Source: an uncultured Lachnoclostridium sp.
GTDB lineage: Bacteria > Bacillota > Clostridia > Lachnospirales > Lachnospiraceae
Direction: 5' to 3'
Assembly (NCBI GenBank): GCA_964580255.1
Contig: CAZOJX010000001.1
Location: forward strand, 1 to 41,893
DNA length: 41,893 bases
In this document: one piece after another, positions 26,302 to 33,900 of the stretch
Position numbering within the stretch: position 1 is the first letter of the stretch
Layout: each line of letters begins with the position of its first letter
The notes under the pieces: model-generated
Seen by the model: the letters and a program-made list of their open reading frames with translations, nothing else
Databases searched by the model: none
What the model was told of the DNA's origin: nothing
Translations under genes and position numbers: made by a program

Positions 26302-27327
26302 ATGACCGATATCAGTGTCATTGTGCCTGTGTACAATGTGGAAGAACTGCTGCCAAGATGCATTGACAGTATTTTAGCACAGAAAAAAAAGAATCTGGAG
26401 ATCATTCTGGTAGATGACGGTGCCACAGACGGCAGCGGTGCCATTTGTGATGCGTATGAAAAAAAGGACGACCGCATTCGTGTGATCCATAAGAAAAACG
26501 GCGGACTGACCAGTGCCTGGAAAGCGGGGGCTGCGGCAGCGAAAGGGCTGTATCTTGGATTTGTGGACAGCGATGACTGGATTGAGGAAGATATGTATCA
26601 GCGGCTGTGGGAATCCGCCTGCAAGTATAATTCCGATCTGGTGGTCTGCGGACTGACCTTTGATTATGAGGATCTGTCGATTCCGAAACGACAGGAGATT
26701 TCCGGCTTTGAAAAAGAATATTACAGCCGCCGGGAGTTGGAAGAACTCTTTCCGAAGCTTCTCAATGACGGCAGATTTTTCGGCAGAATGCTGCAGCCGG
26801 CAAGGGTGACAAAGCTTTACCGCAGAGAACTGGTGGAGAAAAACAGCATTCTCTGCAAAGAGGAAGTCAGCGTGGGAGAGGATATGCAGCTGACACTTCC
26901 GGTAATTTTAGATGCGAAGAGCATGTCTGTGGTAAAAGACTTTTATCCATATCATTACTGGTTTAATCAAAAATCTATGACGGGAAAATATGATCCGGAT
27001 TATCTTCAGAAGATTAAGATCATGGATCATCGAATGAAGCAGATCAGTGCGGAAAAGAATGTATTCGACTTTGCACCGCAGATTACTAACGATTTTCTCG
27101 GTCTGGCTGTGATCGGACTGAAAAACGGTGTAATCCGTAATACGGAAGGCCCAATAAAAGCTTTGGAAATCATTCGAAGATACTGTAATGATGAAGACGT
27201 GAGAAATGCATTGGATACACACACCATGGATAAGCTGCCGGTTACGATCAGAGTATTTTTGATGCTTATGAAGGCGAAGCAGTATCAGATCTGTTACTGG
27301 ATCTGCAAACTGTTCTTTAAAAATTAA
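26302..27327 (+). CDS. Family 2 glycosyltransferase (third tandem paralogue)
   Basis: SD GGAGAGGAG upstream. MTDISVIVPVYNVEELL, VDDGATDGSGAICD, and FVDSDDWI. Confidence 0.85.
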   Translation: MTDISVIVPVYNVEELLPRCIDSILAQKKKNLEIILVDDGATDGSGAICDAYEKKDDRIRVIHKKNGGLTSAWKAGAAAAKGLYLGFVDSDDWIEEDMYQRLWESACKYNSDLVVCGLTFDYEDLSIPKRQEISGFEKEYYSRRELEELFPKLLNDGRFFGRMLQPARVTKLYRRELVEKNSILCKEEVSVGEDMQLTLPVILDAKSMSVVKDFYPYHYWFNQKSMTGKYDPDYLQKIKIMDHRMKQISAEKNVFDFAPQITNDFLGLAVIGLKNGVIRNTEGPIKALEIIRRYCNDEDVRNALDTHTMDKLPVTIRVFLMLMKAKQYQICYWICKLFFKN

Positions 27328-27366
27328 GCAGGGATCGATCATTGATCGATCCCTGCAATTTTTTTC
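27328..27366. terminator. Bidirectional intrinsic terminator
   Basis: Perfect 13-bp stem GCAGGGATCGATC (27328-27340) / GATCGATCCCTGC (27344-27356) with a 3-nt loop. Followed by AATTTTTTT on the + strand and preceded by CTTTAAAAATTAA (T5 on the - strand). The stem overlaps the last codons and the stop of the minus-strand gene. Confidence 0.85.
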
Positions 27367-28127
27367 GGGATGCCGCCTAAGGAAGCTGCGGTGTCCGTAA
27401 AGGAGCTGCAGTAGCTTCCGATCAGCTTTTTACATGCTGCCAGACAGTAGAGATCTACCAGAGCATCGTACATGCCGTCCAGAGAATCCCGGCGAAGTGT
27501 CCGGTTTTCATTGGAAACGATGCGTCCCGGGAAGGTTTTTCGAAGAAGGGCTTCCTCGTCTTTATCGTCGGTTGCCAGGAAAAATCTTACGTTTGAATTT
27601 TTCTCGATTTCCTGATTCATCAAATGAATGAAGTTTTCTGTTTTGCTGTAGGCGATGGAGTTGACCTGATCCGTTCTTCGGATATGGACGCTGACCATAT
27701 CGGCGGTGAAATTTTTGGTCACTTCATCGATCCGTTTCTGCAGATCGGCTGTCGGCTTAAAAAGTTTAAAATATTCGTCTGCATGGAAAAAGTGCTCCCA
27801 TGTAAAAATATAAGCAGGAAGCTTGATGGAATCAAAGAAATCCTGATCAAGAACCCCGTCGGTGGTGTGAGCTTCAATGTCTTCATTACTGATACGTGTA
27901 CGGGCAGTCAACTGATACCAAAGCTTCCGAAGATCTTTCAGGGAAGTGAAGTTGATAACCCGAAATTCATCGGTCGGCTGAAACAGTGCTTCAAACGGTG
28001 CATTCAGTTCGTCTGCACAATACCACAGCACGAGAAGCCCGGTATGTTTGCGTTTTGCAAGCTCCAGCGAGGAATTTATCACACGCATTCTATTGCACAA
28101 ACCGCCGGAAGGTTGTATTATTACCAT
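27339..28127 (-). CDS. Putative fucosyltransferase (alpha-1,2/alpha-1,6/O-FucT superfamily-like)
   Basis: 262 aa from ATG 28127, with SD GAGGA 7 nt upstream; the ORF-track start 28163 lacks an SD. The motif pattern parallels GT11-type enzymes: N-terminal IIQPSGGLCNRMRVI, VSVHIRRTDQV, RFFLATDDKDEE, and C-terminal DLYCLAACKKLIGSYCSSFTDTAASLGG. Confidence 0.55.
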   Translation of the reverse strand: MVIIQPSGGLCNRMRVINSSLELAKRKHTGLLVLWYCADELNAPFEALFQPTDEFRVINFTSLKDLRKLWYQLTARTRISNEDIEAHTTDGVLDQDFFDSIKLPAYIFTWEHFFHADEYFKLFKPTADLQKRIDEVTKNFTADMVSVHIRRTDQVNSIAYSKTENFIHLMNQEIEKNSNVRFFLATDDKDEEALLRKTFPGRIVSNENRTLRRDSLDGMYDALVDLYCLAACKKLIGSYCSSFTDTAASLGGIPKKIAGIDQ

Positions 28128-28210
28128 AAGTATGTCCTCAGCAGCCCCTAGGGAAGCTGCCATTACTTTCTATAGAATCATGAGGACAGTATAACACAGG
28201 AGGAGTTCCT

Positions 28211-31200
28211 ATGAAACCTGAAAAAATGAAAAATTTATTCTTAAGTCAGAGCTACGAAGATGCGTGGACGGACTATGAGAAATCCCTGAAAAAAAGATAT
28301 TTTATCCACTGGGACTATGTGATCCTGACAGCCTCTAATGAGGATCAGGCAAAAGCATTTGAAGCCCAGATTGATTTTCGATTAAAACAAGGTCTTTTGC
28401 CGACTCAGACAAAATATGCGGTATTGCCGGATCCGGACGGAAAACGAGTAGGTTCCGGCGGAGCGACCTTTAATGTTATGAAATATATCCGGGAGGAAAG
28501 CGGTTCCAAAGACTGCTTTAAAGACAAAAGGATCCTGGTCATTCATTCCGGCGGAGATTCCAAAAGGGTTCCGCAGTATTCTGCCTGTGGAAAACTGTTT
28601 TCTCCGGTACCGAGAGAACTTCCGGACGGAAGACGTTCTACTCTGTTTGATGAATTTATCATTGGAATGTCAGGAATGCCTTCCAGATTTAAGGAAGGAA
28701 TGCTGATCTTATCCGGAGACGTTCTTTTACTGTTCAATCCGCTGCAGATCGATTTTCAGTTTAACGGTGCCGCAGCCATTTCCATCAAAGAACATGTGGA
28801 GACCGGAAAAAATCATGGCGTATTTTTAGGGGACGAAAAGGGTTATGTCAGACAGTTTCTGCACAAAATGTCAGTAGAAAAACTGACAGAGGTCGGTGCG
28901 GTCAATGATCATGGCAACGTGGACATTGATACCGGAGCCATTATGCTGGATCATAATCTTTTAAATGCCCTGTTTGGTCTGATCAGCACTGAGGGAGAGA
29001 TCGACGAAAAGAAATTTGCACAGTTTGTCAATGAAAAAGCAAGAATCAGCTTTTACGGAGACTTTTTATATCCACTGGCCGGCGAGTCTACGCTGGAACA
29101 GTATCTGAAGGAAAAGCCGGAAGGAAGCTTCTGCGAAGAACTGGAGGAATGCCGAAAAATCTTATGGGAGACCTTAAATCCGTTCAGCCTGAAGCTGTTA
29201 TGTCTGTCTCCGGCACAATTTATCCATTTCGGAACCACCAGAGAGCTCCTTCATCTGGTAACCGAAGGAATCGAGGACTATGAATTTTTGAACTGGAAAA
29301 GTCAGGTGTTCGGAATCGAAGGCAACGGCGGCAACTGTGCTTACAGCAACAGCTACATTCAGGAAGGTGCAAAAGTCAGCGCTCAGTCTTACATTGAAGA
29401 TAGCTATTTATATGGAGAAACACAGATAGAAAAGCAGTGTGTCATTTCCGGAGTGACCTTAAAGGACAAAAAAGTCCCGGCAGGCGTGACCCTTCACGGT
29501 CTGAAACTTCGCAATGGAAAATTTGTGGTACGTGCCTATGGTACCTTTGATAATCCGAAGGGCTTTTTAGGGGAGGATGCACCGTTTCTTGGAACCGGTC
29601 TGAAAAAGCTTTCCCAGCTTTTGAAGCTTTCAGAAAAAGAAATCTGGGGAGAGGAAGAACCTTACCTCTGGTTTGCAAAGCTTTATCCGGTCTGTGATTC
29701 TATCGAAGAAGCAGTGACGGAGAGCCTTCAGCTGGTGGAAGTGCTGGCAGGAAGGGCTGAAGTGACAGAAGCTTACCGAAACAGTCAGCGAATGAGCCTG
29801 TATGAAAGCTTTAATGATGCAGATACGACACAGATGCTGGCATGGCAGGAAAACTTAGAAAAGAAGATTCGTGTATCCAGATTTTTAAAGGCTATTGATG
29901 AGAGAAAAGAGATTGAAGAAGCAGCCAAAGCCTTTGGCGGAAAGGGTATTTCCCAAAGTCATCTGGAAGAACTTTTAGAGATTGCCAAAGATGCGGAATT
30001 TGGAAGAAAAATGCGCATTTACTATTATCTTTCCAAAATGACAGAAGGTCATTTGAGCGAGGATCTGGAAAATGAATGCTTCCAGTATATCTGTAAGGAA
30101 TTGTATGATTCGGTGGTTTCTGATATTGACTGCGAAGACGTATATCATATCAATCAGGAGGAAGTGACGGTAGAGCTTCCGGTAAGAGTGAATTTTGGCG
30201 GCGGCTGGTCTGATACTCCGCCTTACTGCAATGAACATGGCGGAACGGTCCTCAATGCAGCGATCAGCCTGAACGGTGTTTTGCCGATCGTTGTGGAGGT
30301 GAAACGGATCTCCAAGCCGGCAGTCGTGCTTGCCAGCACAGATTTAGGGGCAGAAGATGAATTTACCGATATGAAGGATCTGCAGAACTGCCATGATCCG
30401 TTTGATACCTTTGCCCTCCATAAAGCGGCACTGATTGCCTGCGGCATCATTCCAAGAGAGGGAGACTATCAGCTGCAGCAGCTGTTGGATAAAGTCGGCG
30501 GCGGTTTATATCTGTCTACCGCAGTGCGCGGCATTCCAAAAGGCTCCGGCCTTGGCACCAGCTCTATGCTGGCGGCAGCCTGCGTGAAAGGACTTTTTGC
30601 ATTTATCGGCAAAGAAATCAGTGAAAATGAACTCTATTCCAGAGTTCTTTGTATGGAACAGATCATGAGCACCGGCGGCGGCTGGCAGGATCAGGTGGGC
30701 GGCCTGACTCCGGGAGTAAAACTGGTGCATACAACTCCGGGAATCAAACAGAATATCCGGGTAGATCACATTGAGATTCCGGAAGAAGCCAGAAAAGAAC
30801 TGCAGGAGCGGTTTGTCCTGATCTATACCGGACAGAGAAGACTTGCAAGAAACCTGCTTCGTGAGGTTGTGGGCGGTTATATCGGTTCTAAGAAAAATTC
30901 CATAGAGGTACTCTATGAAATTCAGAAAAGTGCAGTTCTGATGAAATTTGAACTGGAAAAAGGCAATATCGATGCCTTTGCACGCCTGCTGAACGATCAT
31001 TGGGAACTTTCCAAACGACTGGACGGCGGCTGTACCAATACCTGTATTGAGCAGATTTTCCTGAGCGTGGAAGACATGCTGGAAGCGAAGATGATCTGCG
31101 GCGCCGGCGGCGGCGGATTTTTGCAGGCGATCCTGAAAAAAGGATATACGAAAGAAGACTTAAGAGCGAGAATCCACAGCGTGTTCCAGGAAAGCGGTGT

Positions 31201-31228
31201 CGCTGTCTGGGACTGCGAGTTGATTTAA
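28211..31228 (+). CDS. fkp: Bifunctional L-fucokinase / fucose-1-phosphate guanylyltransferase (Fkp-like)
   Basis: 1005 aa with SD AGGAGG 6 nt upstream. N-terminal half: KRVGSGGATFNVM and ILVIHSGGDSKRVPQYSACGKLFSPVP. C-terminal GHMP-kinase half: VRVNFGGGWSDTPPY, GIPKGSGLGTSSMLAAA, STGGGWQDQVGGL, and ICGAGGGGFLQ. Collinear with what I recall of Bacteroides fragilis Fkp. Confidence 0.85.
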   Translation: MKPEKMKNLFLSQSYEDAWTDYEKSLKKRYFIHWDYVILTASNEDQAKAFEAQIDFRLKQGLLPTQTKYAVLPDPDGKRVGSGGATFNVMKYIREESGSKDCFKDKRILVIHSGGDSKRVPQYSACGKLFSPVPRELPDGRRSTLFDEFIIGMSGMPSRFKEGMLILSGDVLLLFNPLQIDFQFNGAAAISIKEHVETGKNHGVFLGDEKGYVRQFLHKMSVEKLTEVGAVNDHGNVDIDTGAIMLDHNLLNALFGLISTEGEIDEKKFAQFVNEKARISFYGDFLYPLAGESTLEQYLKEKPEGSFCEELEECRKILWETLNPFSLKLLCLSPAQFIHFGTTRELLHLVTEGIEDYEFLNWKSQVFGIEGNGGNCAYSNSYIQEGAKVSAQSYIEDSYLYGETQIEKQCVISGVTLKDKKVPAGVTLHGLKLRNGKFVVRAYGTFDNPKGFLGEDAPFLGTGLKKLSQLLKLSEKEIWGEEEPYLWFAKLYPVCDSIEEAVTESLQLVEVLAGRAEVTEAYRNSQRMSLYESFNDADTTQMLAWQENLEKKIRVSRFLKAIDERKEIEEAAKAFGGKGISQSHLEELLEIAKDAEFGRKMRIYYYLSKMTEGHLSEDLENECFQYICKELYDSVVSDIDCEDVYHINQEEVTVELPVRVNFGGGWSDTPPYCNEHGGTVLNAAISLNGVLPIVVEVKRISKPAVVLASTDLGAEDEFTDMKDLQNCHDPFDTFALHKAALIACGIIPREGDYQLQQLLDKVGGGLYLSTAVRGIPKGSGLGTSSMLAAACVKGLFAFIGKEISENELYSRVLCMEQIMSTGGGWQDQVGGLTPGVKLVHTTPGIKQNIRVDHIEIPEEARKELQERFVLIYTGQRRLARNLLREVVGGYIGSKKNSIEVLYEIQKSAVLMKFELEKGNIDAFARLLNDHWELSKRLDGGCTNTCIEQIFLSVEDMLEAKMICGAGGGGFLQAILKKGYTKEDLRARIHSVFQESGVAVWDCELI

Positions 31229-31249
31229 AGTGAGAATAGGAGAGCTGCT

Positions 31250-32455
31250 TTGAAGATAGCACAGATCAATACAGTGTGCGGCAACGGTTCCGTTGGCCGC
31301 ATCACAGTGGATATTTCCCATGCCCTGGAAAAGGCCGGGCACGAGGGTAAAATTTATTACGGAAGAAGAACGGCACCGGAAGGCATACCGGCTGAAAAGA
31401 TCGGTACGGATCTTTCTATGGGTATGCATGTGCTTTCCACCTTTTTTACGGGAACCCATGGGTTTGCGTCTAAAGAGCAGACTCTGCGGCTGGTCGATGC
31501 CTTGAAGGCCTATGATCCGGATCTGATTCATCTTCACAATGTGCATGGATTTTATCTTCATGTGGAGATCCTGTTTGATTATCTGAAACAATGTGGAAAA
31601 CCGGTGGTGTGGACCTTGCATGACTGCTGGAGCTTTACCGGGCATTGTGCCTATTTTGACCTGGTGCAGTGCGACCGGTGGAAAACGGCCTGCAGAAACT
31701 GTCCCCAGTATCGGAACAGCTATCCGTATGCATTGTTCCGGGACGGAAGTGAAGAAAACTTTGTGCGGAAAAAGAAAGCATTTACCGGCGTGAAGGGTCT
31801 GACCATCGTGACCCCGTCCCAGTGGCTGGGAAATCTGGTAAAGGAATCTTTCCTTTCGGAATATCCGGTCAGAGTCATTCCAAACGGAATCGATCTGGAG
31901 CGTTTTGTGCCGCAGAAGGTGAAACAACAGGACAGACAGCTGATCCTCGGCGTGGCCAATGTGTGGGATCAGAGAAAGGGTCTGGAGTATTTTACGGAGC
32001 TTCGGGGGCTTCTGGATCCGAAAAAATATGAGATTGCCGTAGTAGGTGTCAGCAAAAAGCAGAAAAAATCACTGCCGGAAGGTATGATCGGAATCGAGCA
32101 TACGAAAGATGTGGAAGAATTGATGCAGCTTTATTCTAAGGCAAGTGTGTATGTGAATCCGACGCTGGAGGATAACTTCCCGACGACGAATCTGGAAGCA
32201 CTGGCCTGCGGTACGCCGGTAGTAACCTTTGCAACCGGAGGAAGTGTCGAAGCCATTGATGAAAGCTGCGGAAGAATCGTTCCTCAGAGGGATCTTACGG
32301 CATTAAAAAATGCGGTGATCGAGATTTGCGAACAAAGAGAAACTATGAGAGAAGCATGCAGAAAGCGTGCGCTCCTTTACAATAAATATGACAGATTTGG
32401 AGAATATTTAAATCTATATGAAGAAAGTATCAATCATTACAACGACTTACAATGA
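31250..32455 (+). CDS. Family 4 glycosyltransferase (GT-B fold)
   Basis: 401 aa. TTG start lies 5 nt after AGGAGAG. N-terminus MKIAQINTVCGNGSVGRI. E-x7-E region VNPTLEDNFPTTNLEALACGTPVVTF. Confidence 0.82.
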   Translation: MKIAQINTVCGNGSVGRITVDISHALEKAGHEGKIYYGRRTAPEGIPAEKIGTDLSMGMHVLSTFFTGTHGFASKEQTLRLVDALKAYDPDLIHLHNVHGFYLHVEILFDYLKQCGKPVVWTLHDCWSFTGHCAYFDLVQCDRWKTACRNCPQYRNSYPYALFRDGSEENFVRKKKAFTGVKGLTIVTPSQWLGNLVKESFLSEYPVRVIPNGIDLERFVPQKVKQQDRQLILGVANVWDQRKGLEYFTELRGLLDPKKYEIAVVGVSKKQKKSLPEGMIGIEHTKDVEELMQLYSKASVYVNPTLEDNFPTTNLEALACGTPVVTFATGGSVEAIDESCGRIVPQRDLTALKNAVIEICEQRETMREACRKRALLYNKYDRFGEYLNLYEESINHYNDLQ

Positions 32456-33149
32456 CAGTGAAGCACTGCGAAAAACCGTGAAGCAGGTGCTGGCGCAGGA
32501 TTATCCAAACATTGAATATATCATTGTTGACGGCGGTTCTACGGACGATACAATGGACGTGATCAAAGAAGCGGAAAAGCTTTTTGGCGACCGGCTGATC
32601 TGGATTTCAGAGAAAGATCAGGGAATCTATGATGCCATCAACAAAGGATTAAAGCTTGCTTCCGGAGATTATATCGGTACCTGCTTTGATCAGTTTGCAG
32701 CACCGGATGTAATCTCAAAAATGGTAGCAGTTATGGAAAAGGAAGGCACCGACGGGGTTCATGGCGATCTGGATTATATGGACGGGGAGAAGATCGTTCG
32801 AAAATGGCGAAACGGTCAGGGCTCGATCCGGACAGGCTGGATGCCGGGACACCCGACACTTTACCTGAAGCGGGAGGTATATGAAACCTACGGTCTTTAT
32901 AAAACGGATTACCGCATTTCTGCAGATTACGAGTTTATGATCCGTATCCTGAAAGACAAGAAGGTTAAATTGTCCTATCTTCCGGAGGTGCTTATTAAAA
33001 TGGCCCATGGGGGAACTAGTACCAACAGCCTTGGGGCGTATCTGGAGGGCATGAGGGAAGGACACCGTGCCTTAAAAGAAAATGGTATAAAATTTGCATT
33101 TGTTACAGATTTGTTACGAACTTTGCGTGTTTTGAGACAGTTCGTGTAG
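32418..33149 (+). CDS. Family 2 glycosyltransferase
   Basis: 243 aa. MKKVSIITTTYNDSEAL and IIVDGGSTDDT. Overlaps the GT4 3' end by 38 nt in a different frame. Confidence 0.8.
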   Translation: MKKVSIITTTYNDSEALRKTVKQVLAQDYPNIEYIIVDGGSTDDTMDVIKEAEKLFGDRLIWISEKDQGIYDAINKGLKLASGDYIGTCFDQFAAPDVISKMVAVMEKEGTDGVHGDLDYMDGEKIVRKWRNGQGSIRTGWMPGHPTLYLKREVYETYGLYKTDYRISADYEFMIRILKDKKVKLSYLPEVLIKMAHGGTSTNSLGAYLEGMREGHRALKENGIKFAFVTDLLRTLRVLRQFV

Positions 33150-33175
33150 AAATGTCAGGAAAGATATGGTACAAT
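33147..33175 (+). promoter_or_regulatory. Candidate extended -10 promoter immediately upstream of the GT2/DUF2304 pair
   Basis: TAGAAA (33147-33152), a 17-nt spacer, then TGgTACAAT (-10 hexamer 33170-33175). ATG 33183 lies only 7 nt after the -10 and has no SD, which would imply a leaderless or near-leaderless transcript. Confidence 0.3.
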
Positions 33176-33182
33176 GTAAGTT

Positions 33183-33899
33183 ATGAAATGTTTAGTGATC
33201 ATTCCTGCTTACAATGAGCAGGACAATATTGTGCGGGTTATTGAAAACCTGAAAAATAATTATTCCCAGTATGACTATGTGATCATCAATGATGGTTCTG
33301 CTGATTCTACACCGGAAATCTGTCGTGCGAAAGGTTACGAATTGATCGACCTGCCGGTAAATTTAGGATTGGCGGGAGCTTTTCAGACAGGCTTAAAATA
33401 TGCCTATCAGAAGGGCTACGACTGTGCCATTCAGTTTGATGCAGACGGTCAGCATCGACCGGAATACATTGGGGAAATGTTAAAAAAAATGCAGGAGGGC
33501 TATGATATCGTCATCGGCTCCCGCTTTGTAACAGAGAAAAAACCAAAGTCTTTAAGAATGCTGGGGAGCAATCTGATCTCGGCAGCCATGAGACTGACCA
33601 CAGGGCATAAGGTGAAGGATCCGACTTCCGGTATGCGGATGTTCAGTAAAAAAATGATCGCCGAATTTGCCCTGAATATGAACTACGGACCGGAGCCGGA
33701 TACGGTTTCCTACCTGTTGAAGCAGGGGGCAACCATTGCAGAGGTTCAGGTGACGATGGACGAGCGTGTGGCAGGTACCAGCTATCTGACGCTGGGACGT
33801 TCTGTCATGTATATGATGCGTATGCTCATTTCCATTCTGCTGATCCAAAATTTCAGAAAACGACAAAAAGTGAAAAAAATCGTAGTGGAGGAGGTCTAG
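33183..33899 (+). CDS. GT2 polyprenyl-phosphate sugar synthase-like glycosyltransferase (GacI/DPM1-like, no C-terminal TM pair)
   Basis: 238 aa. MKCLVIIPAYNEQDNI, VIINDGSADST, and IQFDADGQH. One C-terminal hydrophobic helix, VMYMMRMLISILLIQNF. Confidence 0.72.
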   Translation: MKCLVIIPAYNEQDNIVRVIENLKNNYSQYDYVIINDGSADSTPEICRAKGYELIDLPVNLGLAGAFQTGLKYAYQKGYDCAIQFDADGQHRPEYIGEMLKKMQEGYDIVIGSRFVTEKKPKSLRMLGSNLISAAMRLTTGHKVKDPTSGMRMFSKKMIAEFALNMNYGPEPDTVSYLLKQGATIAEVQVTMDERVAGTSYLTLGRSVMYMMRMLISILLIQNFRKRQKVKKIVVEEV

Positions 33900-33900
33900 T

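Noticed and set aside
27624-28151. 175-aa + strand ORF opposite the fucosyltransferase-like gene.
   Set aside because: The minus-strand frame carries the conserved GGLCNRM / HIRRTD / SSFT motif series and an SD. The + frame has none and would start inside the convergent terminator context.
28128-28163. Longer start (ATG 28163) for the fucosyltransferase-like gene.
   Set aside because: There is no SD upstream of 28163. ATG 28127 has GAGGA at 7-nt spacing and places the GGL.N motif near the N-terminus, as in GT11-type enzymes.
31160-31927. 255-aa minus-strand ORF antisense to the fkp 3' end and the GT4 gene.
   Set aside because: It lies entirely within well-supported + strand genes. It has no SD or recognisable motifs, and its Arg/His/Pro-rich composition is typical of antisense read-through frames.
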